The position numbers were made by a program, and so were the translations under genes. A DNA stretch of 64,000 nucleotides, taken from contig OX597817.1 in assembly GCA_951406725.2 (NCBI GenBank), forward strand, positions 130,882,001 to 130,946,000. Direction: 5' to 3'. The stretch is from Octopus vulgaris (Eukaryota). The stretch's first letter is position 1, and each line of letters starts with the position of its first letter. Below are positions 26,367 to 38,759 of the stretch, in pieces. The notes below the pieces were generated by a model. The model did not search any database, was not told the DNA's origin, and worked only from the letters and a program-made list of their open reading frames with translations.

Positions 26367-29300
26367 TATAAAGAACTTTAAATATATAAATACAGGAAAC
26401 AGGATACACGTACAATTTAATATATAAATATAAACAAATATCCATATACACATACACATATATATATGCATACATAAGCAAAGTATATACACTTTACATG
26501 TGTATAAATGCATAAATAAGCACAGTTAAAGCATAGGTCCAAGCATATAGACCATTCGTCATATATATATATATTCTCACTCTTCCCTCTTTGGCAGCCA
26601 TGTATACAATGGAACACTGCAGACATTATATCTTCGAAAATCTAGAATGCAGTGTTAGGTACTGTAGCAGACCATTTATTATTTAATTGCTTCGCATTAA
26701 AACTTGCTTATATTTATAAAATATTCAGGACAATTGGAACTAAGCATATAGAAAACATTTACTGATGGCAACTGAGCGCTGCCACGCTCGAATTAATTCA
26801 GTATGAGAACTCAAAACAAAGAGGATCTAATTAATGATAAAAACAGAATGGAGTACGTAGAGTAAGAATACACATGATAAGTACATGTGTTTTCCAGAAA
26901 TTCCAGCATACTATCATGGGATAGTATGTTTTGATTACTGCTTTCTTTGTAGTTCTTGTTGAGCGCAAGTGACTGAGGTGTTATCTCCCAAAGACAAGGC
27001 AAAGAAGCTCGACGAATCACTGTCTTGTATTCTGCTGGCTTCACTTGGTGTTTGGTGTATTATTATGCACAAACATAAATTCATTTTTTGGATGGGATGC
27101 AAGTGAGCTGCTAGATGTAGGAGGAAAGAGTGAGATAGCGATATGGCGAAAGAGTCCGCAAAAGTTTGTTATTACATTTTGCCGGAGCCGCTCATCTGAG
27201 ATTTGAACCCGCGATCCCTCGACCGTGAGTTCGCTGCTTTAACCCCTAGGCCATGTAACTCCACATTATTACCTCTATTAAGAATTAAAAATAGCTCAGA
27301 GTATTTTTGTCACTTAAAAAAATTCATTTTTAAAATTATTAATTATTAATTAGAAATTTAGAGATAGGTTATGTAAATTTATAGCAGTACATAATTAGTT
27401 ATCAGAATAAATTGAATTATACAAAAATTAGTTATACCTTACAGTAAAATTCACAGTACAGTTTGCTTGAGTTATTGCCAAGGTTTCACATTTTTAGTCT
27501 TGACCCACTGCCTATTTTTTGCATATTGAATTTGCCTACCAAACATACTATTCTACCTTGCTTAAAACTTTAGCTATATTCGTACTTCTGACTTGTACTT
27601 CTGACTCATACTTCTTTTAGTATTCTAGTGTGTGAATATTTTAACAAAATGATGGTATCTTTTTTAATTATAATGTTACTTTGAAAATTAAAATCAAATA
27701 ATTTTTAGTATTCAAATTTTATCCTTAGCTGCAATATTTTAAGTAAATATTTTCTTGTTCTGTACTTTACTAGATATAATGACTTGTCCTGTACTTTTCC
27801 AGGTTAATAATCTTAAGAATATAATTTCCTTTGCTCGCATGTAATCCATATTTTTCCAGGCTATACTACTATGCTAATTAATAAAGTGTCAAATGAATCG
27901 ATTAGCGTTGTCGTTGATAATTTTTTCCTGCCTTCAATGACGCCGGTGAGAGATAATAAAAGTCCCTTTATAGAAATATATTCATAAAAAAGTATAGAAC
28001 AATATTATCACCCTCAAATTTGAGAAACAAACACCCATAACACTTTTCTTCTAAAACTTCATTGCATGAGATTGATACCATGAAATTCCTCGAATTGAAG
28101 CTCTATCATTTAAGCTTAATTGAAATATAGTTTGTTTTTAAAATGAAAAAAAGTTAGTTATACTTAAATCCAATTTTTTGCCTTACTTAAATTTTCTTGC
28201 ATGATATTTTACCTCACAATATTTAAATACAATGTTTTTGTTGCATGGGAACAAAACTATGAAATCTTCCAGGATCTCTTTTACCATTCAAGCTTTTACC
28301 ATTCAAGCTTTTACCATTCTGCTTTTAAAATAAAAAGTTTAGATCTAAACTTGATTGGTGGCGTTACTCTCCCATAATGTTACTACAAATCTTGATGTAA
28401 ACTTTTTCTACTGAATTAAAAGTCATTTTTTTATGCCAACATATAGCTAGGGACCAGTCCTGTTGAAAAATATAAACAGATTTTAGTTTGGTTAAGAACC
28501 GAATTGGCGACAAGCTCTGAAAGATGCTGCGCCAGAGTAAATTGCAGCCTTAAGAATATTGTTCAGCTACTACCGTAGTTCAATGAAACATACATACATA
28601 CATGCATGCATGCATACATGCATACATACCCATAGTCACACATACACACATGGACACATTTCTTTGATCTTTGACTTGTTTTAGTCAATTGGCTTCGGCC
28701 ATGCTGGGGCACTGCCCTGAAGAGCTTTTTTATTCGAATGGATCCATCCCAGTAATATATATATATATATAATTTTCTCAGAACGACATCCCCTTACATA
28801 GTAAGGACACCTATATGTGGCTACTAATCCATAGAACAAATGAATTTATTCGGCGAGTAAGGTGGATTGCTTACCATCATGATGCTAAAAAGAAAAATGA
28901 ATCTCTTGAAACATATGAAAATAATTATTATAAAAAGAGTTTCAAAAGTAGAAAAATCCACCACCACCAAATCCACTACTAGAAAATTTTGAAAAAGATT
29001 TATTTGATCTTATTGCTAATGTCAAATTCAAGGAGCACTCACTTAGAAATAACTTACACCTAAGGAAACTAAAGGAATTTATAAAGTCATTGCATAATAA
29101 ACCAGGAATTCTAGTCCCAGCTAATAAAACCGGAAACTTATATAGGCTTGACTATACCACTTATAGTAAACTTGTAATGTAGGAACTTAATGCTAAATAC
29201 AAAATAGCATCGAAAAAGAATCTATTGGATATTAACTTGAAAATCAAGAAGGTTATGATGGAATATGACTCGGTGGACCGGACTAAAACACTAACACCAA

Positions 29301-29598
29301 GCGAACCTAGAATTAACCTGAAAGGCCACAAGAAGAACTTCCAGGATAACCCTACTGTGAGACTTGTATGCCCAACCAAGACGGATATTAGCCGGCTTAG
29401 CAAGTCTGTTCTTGATAATATTCTAACTCTTATAATTCCCAACCAATCTCTAAAATTATGGATTGATACCGATTAGGTAATCCAATGGTTCAAATCTATC
29501 AACAACAAAAGTAATTATTCCGTTTTCCAATTTGATATAAATTGTTATTATTCAGGTATATCCCCCATCCTCCTTAACAAGTCTCTTATTTTTGCTAA

Positions 29599-29643
<45 letters not shown>

Positions 29644-30469
29644 CTAGAGATAAAATTGATATAATTTTGTTAGCTAGAAGAACTATTATAGAATTTAAAG
29701 GCAAATTTTGGACTAGGGTTGATACCCCAGATAACTTTGGTATACCTATGGGTTCCAGCGACTCGGCTGAGGTCACTAATCTAGTAGGTGCACATCTGTT
29801 AAGATGCCTAAATAAAGAAATCTCTTAATTGCAGGGGAGGTCTATATAGGAATGAGGCCTTATTCATCATCCGTAGCATCAATAAATCAATCATAGAAAG
29901 AATGAGAAAGAGAATTAGAAAATTTTTCAAAAACTTTAACTTAAGTATTACATATGAATATAACACTAAGGTAGTAAACTCTTTAGATACTACTTTAAAT
30001 ATGAACTCTAAATTATACTACCTCTATAGGAAAGAAGGTGAGATTACAAGATATGTGAATAAATCATGAAGTCCACCCCGCCCTCAAATATATTAAAATT
30101 AGTAGTTAAAAGTATTTCGAGAAGAATTACTGAATTATCGTCAAACAATGAGATTTTTAATTCCCATTCATACCACTGTAATGTTGCCTTGTCTAAAGCA
30201 GGATATGACCAATAAATTACATTTCTCGATCCTGAAAGTTTAACACTTTCAAATAGAGGAACAAATAAGAATAGTTTAAGTAACATAAATTCTTCAAACT
30301 TACATAACTATGAAATAACTCAAACTGATAACCTATCCTATAAAACTAACATTAATAACAGAGTACACTCCGAGAATAGTAGACAGGACACAAATAGGAA
30401 TAAAAAAACTTAGGTTAAATTAAATAACTATGAATGAAAAAGTAATAGTTGCTCCTCCAGATAAAAGAC

Positions 30470-30514
<45 letters not shown>

Positions 30515-30518
<4 letters not shown>

Positions 30519-30746
30519 AAAAAACAAGTCAAAAATAGAAAATGCTAAAATAATTTTATAGTGAACATTTCAGTACCGGTTTTTGTCATTTTGAGACCTT
30601 TTCAACTGTAACGATTAAATAATTAAATTTAGAAAAATTAGAAGAAAAGTTTTTTTAAAGGAATATTTCTATAGTAGTGTTCAGATATAAGTGGCATTCT
30701 GCCTTTCTCTGACTCCCTTGTTTGCACTTGTGTGTTGGAGGTCGAC
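30515..30746 (-). mobile_element. 3'-end fragment of the Neptune-like family (43530-45030) nested in the Naiad-like ORF; decayed HHR at 30571-30608
   Basis: Aligns with 43530-43755. On -: CAG-TTGAAAA-GGTC(TCAAAAT)GACA-AAAA-CCGG-TA-CTG. Confidence 0.8.
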
Positions 30747-30814
30747 CTCCCAAATATAAGTACCATCATAGCTAGATTAAAGAGAAAGAATATAAGACTA
30801 GCCAGAAATGCTGA

Positions 30815-30815
30815 A

Positions 30816-30855
<40 letters not shown>

Positions 30856-31040
30856 GCAACAATAATAATAACAATAATAATAATAATAGCAATAATAATA
30901 ATAATAATAATAATAATGATAATAGTAATAATAATAATAATAGCAATAATAATAATAACAACAATACTAACATTAACAATAGAAATGAAAATAAAAATAA
31001 TAACAATAGCAACAATAATAATAATTATATTAATAATAAT
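30815..31040 (+). repeat. (AAT)n-rich tract read as poly-Asn in the PLE linker frame
   Basis: Directly visible; lies in ORF 30732-31562. Confidence 0.9.
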
Positions 31041-33365
31041 AGTGATATTCCTATTAGCATTAACTTAAACCCCCAAAATGAAAATAGTAATATTGAAAAT
31101 GATAGGGTATATGGTATAAATGACATTAGTACTGCTAAAAGTAACACTATAGACTATAGTCCCAGTACATATACGTGCATGGAAACTATTTGTATACCTG
31201 ATGGTGATGATAGTAATTTATATGATAAGTTGGTAGAAGGGGAATTAGAAACTAATAGTCAAAACCATAGCGTACCTAATAATGTAATTATAAATAACGA
31301 TAACACTATCAATATTAATAATAATTTAGATGATAATAACAATAATTTAATTCTTAATAATACTAATATCAATAATTATTCTCCGAGTTGTAATTGCAGT
31401 GTTAAGTCCTATTGTCTGGTATCAGGACGATGTCTAGCCCAAAACGTAGTTTACAAATGTACAGTGGCAACTTCATCAATTTACAAAAGCGTATATATAA
31501 TCATGTATCATCCTTTAAACTTAAGCATAATGCAAATTGCACATTATCCAATAAAATTGTAGAATTAAAGGAAAGTAGAATTAGATTTAGCCTCAAATGG
31601 ATTATAGTAAGGAAGGCACAACCTTATAAAATTACTAGATATGGATGTGATCTCTGCTCTATGGAGATTTATGAAATTTTTGAACGTAAGGATAATATAA
31701 ACCTGTTCAATAACCGATAAGAACTGGGGCGTCGTGTATACATAATACTACCCGTACTTTCAAATATTTTCGAAAATAACATATTTTAATATTCCTTCAT
31801 TCTTAAATCTTAAAATATATCTCTTAGTTTTAAAATCAATGCATAAATAACTTACCCTGTAACGTTAATTATTTTAGTCAACACTAGGTATTAATGATTA
31901 AATAAGATAGGCAAATTGAGCAAATAATTTTTCAATTTCTAAAATTATTGCATATATTCTATAAATCTCTTCTATTGAAGTTACTAAGTTGTATACATAC
32001 TCCATCATAATTTTAGGGATTTAGCTATTTCCACATCTGTTTCTATGATGGTTCTACTCTACCTAATCTTTTTCAATACTCTATAATTACCTTTATATAA
32101 GTCTAAATTGTTGTACCCCTATATAGCCATACCTAACTTATAATAAACAATATAGGTATCTTCAAAAACTTATAATTTTAAATGTCAAAATTTTTATTGC
32201 CTAAATTAAGATTTAACTAATTTATAATATATTTGTTCTATCATCTGAATGGTAAACATCCATGAAAGCCTTATTTTAACATTATACAAAAAAAAAAAAT
32301 GATGCATTATTCTAAATAGTATTAGTGATAAAATTTTTTTTCTTAAAATGTTCCATCTCCCTAATTTTGATATTTATATTGATTTTAAATAGCCCCTCCA
32401 AATACGAACTCTTTAGAAACTATAATATTACTTATATCTCATCTAAATTTTCAAATTAAATAAATTAATTATATTTCAACTTTAATTAAATCAGTATATA
32501 GTGGACACATTTTTTAACCTCAGTTACCCTAATTTAATATTAAATATTAGTTAAATCCATTTGAGCAATCTCCACAGAAACCTTATAATAAGTAAAGTTT
32601 TAGATAAGTTAAAAAGTATATAAACATGAATTTATTTCTTTTCCTTTGCATTTTCTGTTACCTACCCCCATTGTAGTTAAAAGATTTTGGTATACAAGTC
32701 AATAGTGGGATCCTGGTTATTAAATGTCTCTTTCTTAAGAATCTTCTTGGTTACCCTAAATAATACTTTATAACCTTATACAGCATGATAACATTGTTTC
32801 AAAAATTTTTGAAGGAATTACTTGATTTCTCTTTCTCTCAAATAGCTCTACCCTCCTGATCTTAGTATGTATAAAGAGCTTTATATAAATAATATTTCTA
32901 AATAGGTACTAATTACAAAATATAAATATCATGTAAGGTATGATAATAATTTCTTAAACCTATGATAAAACCCTTAATTTTATAAAAAGAGTAGTTGATA
33001 ATAAAATTTTTGTTCCATAATTTAATTATTTCTTTAGCCGACATTAAACATCAGTCTTTTATAGATATTATCGTGCCACTTAAATTGTCTATCTATATTG
33101 CTCTACCCCGAAATGATACTACACTCTTTCTTCTCTCAGATTTGAAGTACTAGCATACAAAATTAAAACTGAACTTACCCGCATAGCTAAATCTAAATAA
33201 CAGAAATAATCAGTGAAAAGCAGTGTCTTTTTTTGAAAAATTTCAATTACAACTGTGATGTTGTTGGTGAAACATGTTCTTTGTCTATCTCCTTATCCTC
33301 TTGGTGATTTTGGATAAAATTATACTAATGTGTCCTTCGAATTTAATTAAATTCTATATTTTTGC

Positions 33366-33450
33366 GCAGCTAAAGATTGCTCTACATTTTAAATTGATGT
33401 AATGTTTGCAATGTTCAATTAAATGGAGTCGCATGAAACGATCGTACTAC
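33366..33450 (+). ncRNA. Hammerhead of the Naiad-like element, core mutated (G5A)
   Basis: GCAG-CTAAAGA-[long hairpin]-GAAA-CGATCG-TA-CTAC. Perfect palindrome ACGATCGT; homologous to 13815-13902. Confidence 0.75.
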
Positions 33451-33577
33451 ATTACCTCTGGATATCATTGTTGCTTATTTTGATTATAATCACCTTATTT
33501 TAAATTGCATGGATAATACCATAATAAATTCTAGTACCTTCAACTTAAGTACCATATTCATCTGAATCTATATACAT

Positions 33578-33664
<87 letters not shown>

Positions 33665-33688
33665 CACACATATACATACATACATACA

Positions 33689-33724
<36 letters not shown>

Positions 33725-33729
33725 TATAC

Positions 33730-33785
<56 letters not shown>

Positions 33786-33788
33786 CTA

Positions 33789-35031
33789 CGAGGGACGTTC
33801 AATAAGTAATGCTTCTGACTCAAATCTTTATAGAGTAAGTGGCAAATTACAGCCCTGAATTAATTGTGGTTTCTGATTTACAGGTGTTTGAACCGAGTCA
33901 AGTGTGAAATGGAGCCTGTTGAGTGTCGAGCAGTGATCCGGTTTTTGTATTTGAAAGGACGCACACCACGGGAGACTTCTGATGAAATGAAAGTAACTTA
34001 TGGTGATGATGCCCCATCATATGACCTTGTAAATCGCTGGCATCGTGAATTCAAACATGGTCGGAACTCTGTGGAAACAGCTCCCAGATCTGGTCGCCCC
34101 CTTCTGCCATTGATGAGGCATCTGTCCGTCAAGTTGAGGCTGCCATTTTGGAAGATCGACGCATAATTATTCGCCAAATAGCCCATGAGGTCAAGATTAG
34201 TACCGGGTCTGTGGAAACTATCATTCATGACCATTTGCATTGGCAAAAGGTGTCTGCCAGATGGATTCCCAGGTTGCTCACGCCTTTCCAGAAGCAAGAA
34301 CGCGTCGAGTGCTCGAGGGTGAATTTGGAGATGTGCCAAGAAGATGAGTCAAAATTTTTCAAAAGACTGATTACACAGGATGAAACCTGGGTCCATCACG
34401 ATGATCCAGAGACCAAGGCCCAGTCAATGCAGTGGAAGCACCGTGACTCACCCCCTCCAAAGAAGGCAAGGGTGCAGCCCTCCGCTGGCAAGGTCATGCT
34501 CACAGTCTTCTGGGACCAGGACGGAGTAGTGATGACAGATTTCCTGGCAAAGGGTACCACAATTGCAGGAGCCTATTATGCTTCACTTTTCAGTAAATTA
34601 AGAGAAGTTATCAAAATCAAGAGGTGGGGCAAGATCAGCAAATGCATCCTCCTCCTGCAGGACAACGCTCCGGTCCACAACTCGCTTGTCGCTAGATCAG
34701 AAGCACAGGCGTATGGCTATGAACTACTCCCGATCCCCTCTACTTTCCTGACCTTGTACCCTCTGATTTTCACCTCTTCCCAATCATGAAGTTGTTTTTG
34801 AAAGGAAAGCGTTTCCCAGATGATGCAGCCTTGATTTCTGAAGTCACGTTGAGGTTGGAGGACCAAGCTGGGTTCTTCTATAAAAACGGTCTCCAGAGCC
34901 GCATCAAACGATGGGAGAAATGCGTAACTCTGGGTTGTTCCTATGTAGAAAAAGACTAATATCTGTGCCAAGTTTCGTTGCTCTACTGCTATGGGAAGTG
35001 GGTCAGGGGCATTACTTATTGGACGCCCCTC

Positions 35032-35032
<1 letters not shown>
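33789..35032 (+). mobile_element. Full-length mariner (DD34D) transposon with frameshifted transposase
   Basis: TA-flanked TIRs CGAGGGACGTTCAATAAGTAATGC / GCATTACTTATTGGACGCCCCTCG. Motifs ARWIPRLL, ITQDETWVH, LLQDNAPVH and PDLVPSDFHLF. Confidence 0.95.
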
Positions 35033-35094
<62 letters not shown>

Positions 35095-35110
35095 CATATA
35101 TATATATATA

Positions 35111-35661
35111 AATTTAAAATAACGGGGAAAATTGAATATTAATTTGATTAATATCAATTTAAAACCAGTGGTCTAGCAATATAAAAAAATCTGAAGAATC
35201 AGAAAAATTATATTACATACATATAAGAGGGGTGACCACTAAGTGGACATCCACTGTGCTAGAAGTCGACACCCTATCGTCTTACCACTAAGAAAGGAAT
35301 ATTCTCAAGAAAATTTAGCAAACGTCAGTACTTAAGCGAGTAAGAAAAATGAAAAGATACAAAATATACAAATTAATCACAAACCAGTTTCGTTATTACC
35401 ACTTACGTAGATGTACGCAAATCGTCAATGTGAACGTCATAGCAAAATATAATTTGCGGACATCTACGTAAGTGATTACGTAAGAGGTAACAACGAACTG
35501 GTTGGTGATTAATCTGTATATTTTGTATCTTTTCATTTGTCTTGCTCGCTTACGTTCTGGCGTTTGCTAAATGTTTTCGAGAACATTCCTTTCTTAGTGG
35601 TAAGACCATAGGGGTCGACTTCTAGCATAATGTATGTACACTTAGTGGTCATCCCTCTTAT
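35111..35661 (-). mobile_element. PLE-like end with ~440-bp fold-back palindrome (35222-35661)
   Basis: TATAAGAGGGGTGACCACTAAGTG...CACTTAGTGGTCATCCCTCTTATA. On -: GAAA-CTGG-TT at 35391-35382, beside the central hairpin. Confidence 0.75.
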
Positions 35662-35685
35662 ATATATGTTTGTGTATATATATAA

Positions 35686-35740
<55 letters not shown>

Positions 35741-35840
35741 TATAGATTTGTGTGTATATATATATATATATGCATATAGATTTGTGTATATATATATATA
35801 TGCATATAGATTTGTATATATATATATATATATATATATA

Positions 35841-37556
35841 CTAGAATTGTGACCCGTCGTTGCCGGGTCATAGTGCTAGTGCATGTATATATGTGTATAT
35901 ATATATATGTGTACTTATTACATGTACATCTATATATATACATCTACACATAAAATACAAAATACAAAGTTAAATCCTGATATCGCTAGTGATAACAATA
36001 CTCAAAATATATAACAGACTGGAATTGTAGGCTCGTTTCTTGCAATTTCAATCAATTGTATCTTGTCCTCCCTCTTGTATAGAAGTGTGGCTACAATCCA
36101 GCTTACCTCTACTTCTGGGGTGGGGAGACATTTTTAATTTTTATCCGGGACGTCCTACGTCCCAGATATAAAGGTAAAAGTAAAATATTTCCACTTTGCA
36201 AGGTTCGAGTAGAGTACTCCTTTGCACACTCCGTTGACTCGAAACTTGCTTCTATTGTGGAGAATTTACCGCCTCTGGTTAGATATCTTTCATAGTAGCA
36301 AAAAGACACTTTTCGATGGTGCTTTCCTCCAGGTGTTCAAATCTTTTTTTCTTCTCTATATTGTATACTTTATAGACAATAGTCTTTTCTTTAATTTAAT
36401 TTTTTTTTCGTTTGGTGGTGTTATCCTAGATCCACTGTCTTTTTCGGTGATCAATCCGTATTTCTTCCATCTTAATTTCAATGAGTTCGCGCCCGCCGAC
36501 GGCTGCAGCGAAATTCATTTTTGGATTTTCTTCTATCGAAAGCATTCTAACAAAAATGCTTCCGTGTAAACGGTGAAAATATTGTCAATTTCCCCAAACA
36601 GGGACACAATTCAATTTTTAAACAATAACCAAAGCTCCTTCTTCCAAATGGGGAGGGTTACAGTTTACAATTATTTAACAAATGCAACACAACAATGTTT
36701 CCTTTAGGAGGAACCAACAAACGTGATAACAATAGTTAAACTAATAATAATAACAACAAACCATACGATGAGTCAGAAAGCAGTAAGCAGTTGAAGCTTT
36801 AGTCCTTTATGTATAAGAAATAAACCAACGGCAGTAGGAGCGGCTGTTCGAGAAAACAGATATTACATACAGCCAAACTTCATATAGATACTTAATGCTA
36901 GCTAATTAGCAGATAATCTAATGTAAAAGCACAGCTCCATGTGGACTATTCCATTTCTGCACGCTAATTTTATTTTTAATTTATTCCCATTCATGTGAAA
37001 CCACTAATTCAAGTTCAAGTCATTGATGCAATTTTATACCAATTGCTATTTTTACTTTTGTTATGTTACGATTATATTATACTTTAGTTTGATTTTAATT
37101 ATTACTTACTACATATAATTCAATTGGTATTATTATTTTTCTTGTTAAAGTGAAAGCAGCTGACATAAAATAGAGAAATGTTTTTGTTTCACATTTAACA
37201 CGTAATACTGAAATATTGGAGAAGATATGATATTGCTATGGGCTCGCTCTAGGCAAGAAGTTGAACACTTTTTTTGCCCATGAAACTACATGGACCCCAA
37301 GTAAGGCATGTGTAAAATTTGAATGAAATTGGTTGTGTAGTTCTCAAGTTTTAGGGAATCGTAGTGGAGAAGATATGATATTGCTGTGGGCTCGCCCTAG
37401 GCAAAAAGTTAAAAATTTGTTTTTCCGATGACACTCCCCGGACCCTAAGTAAGGCATGTGTAAAATTTGAATGAAATTGGTTGTGTAGTTCTCAGGTTTT
37501 AGGGAAACACACAGACGACAGATATACAGACGCACATTCTCAGTTTTATATATAGA
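35841..37556 (-). mobile_element. Non-autonomous Helitron-like interval
   Basis: On -: 5' TCTATATATAAAACTG at 37556, and 3' hairpin GACCCG...CGGGTC then CTAG|T at 35841. Internal ~130-bp tandem duplication (~37218-37505). The two ends may belong to different copies. Confidence 0.55.
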
Positions 37557-37671
37557 GAGAGATAAACAGCGTGCGAGCTGAACATGACAGCATTTTGTGT
37601 TTCTAGTTTTCGGGGACCACCTGATATATTGGTGAACAGTCAATGGCTTTGGAGGGCATAATTATTAAAGC

Positions 37672-38430
37672 TGTAGTCTAGAAATCGTTAGCTGACATAA
37701 AGTACTGGAAACCATCGAATATTGGAAAAGAGTTTGTTTATTATGATGAGTAGCGCCGAGTATCAAAATACTGACATCATGATACTTGCTCGGTGCTCTG
37801 TGAACATTGAAGGGCAGTGAGGCGTGGCATGGACAGCCGCAACGAAGAGTATGAACCATGACCAGCAGGAAGGGATACATCAGGTGTTCTGAGTGAGTCC
37901 ACGAACCGGAATTTATACCCACATCTTTGAGCAAAACTTTAGACTGAGTCCAAAGGGCCATGTGAAGCAGTTAGAGACTGTGGTCAAATCCTGGTGAAAG
38001 AGGGTAGCTGCTGCAAGGTCATATGTGTGTGGAAACATGATTCAGTTCAATGCCATATATCCAGAAAGAGTCTGAAGTGCTTGTCGGAGAATTTCTATGA
38101 CTTCATCAGCCCCAAATTCTGGCCTCCTAACCTCCCCGATTGTAATCCCTTTACTTTTGAGTGGGGCAAGGTTGAGAATCACACCAACCGTTCTGCTTGC
38201 AATACCAGGCAAAGCTGGAGACCAAGATCAAGGAGATATTGCAAACTCCTCCCAGGGACACAGTGAGCAATGCGTGCGTCAGCATCCGGAGCCTCGTTGA
38301 GGTCGTGGTGGAAGATGAGGAGGAGGAAGGTACTTTGAGGAAACCTTATTATAAAAATGATATATTTTGGTCTTAACAATTGTTTTAGTTTTGGATATTT
38401 TGCGAAAACTTTCAAACTTAGTCCTATCAC
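37672..38430 (+). mobile_element. Decayed Tc1/mariner-superfamily (maT/DD37D-like) remnant
   Basis: HDSVQCHIS...FWPPNLPDCNP...WGKVE. Related copy at 55861-56480. Confidence 0.55.
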
Positions 38431-38622
38431 ACTCACACACGTGCGCGAGTACACACACATATACACATATACACACGCACACACAGACACACATGCAAAA
38501 CACACACGCACGCATGCAAGCACACGCGCACATAGACATACATTATACATACGTACATACATATATATATATATATATATACATACACGTATATATATGT
38601 GTATATATAGAGTGAGAGAGAG

Positions 38623-38655
<33 letters not shown>

Positions 38656-38759
38656 TAATATATTTCTGAACCTCTCAAAGAGAGAAATACAGTAAATGCA
38701 CAATAGAGTGATGACTGTTTGCCAACATAATGTGGCTTTCCCAGCATGGGAGGAATGCT

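Larger units (their letters stand above)
28772..33568 (+). mobile_element. Near full-length decayed Penelope-like retroelement, Naiad-like (RT + C-terminal GIY-YIG + long 3' UTR with HHR)
   Basis: N-terminus FSQNDIP...FIRRVRWIA...FEKDLFDLIANVKF. RT region PANKTGNLY, LKGHKKNFQDNPTVRLVCPTK, GIPMGSSDSAEVTNLVG. Linker CNCSVKSYCLVSGRC. EN NVVYKCTV...KRIYNHVSSF...CDLCSME. Both ends abut TA-type repeats. Clade assignment is from recalled motifs. Confidence 0.85.

Noticed and set aside
28278-28326. Three copies of a 15-bp unit CTTTTACCATTCAAG
   Set aside because: Simple local tandem duplication without spacers.
31385-31720. Selenocysteine recoding as reported for some Naiad elements
   Set aside because: The conserved Cys positions are ordinary TGT/TGC codons here, and the stops look like random decay.
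33230-33285. Second U3-A8 hammerhead (TTGAAAA...GAAA-CATG-TT) in the Naiad-like 3' UTR
   Set aside because: Stem I cannot form, and the motif is not conserved in the 13771-14520 copy.
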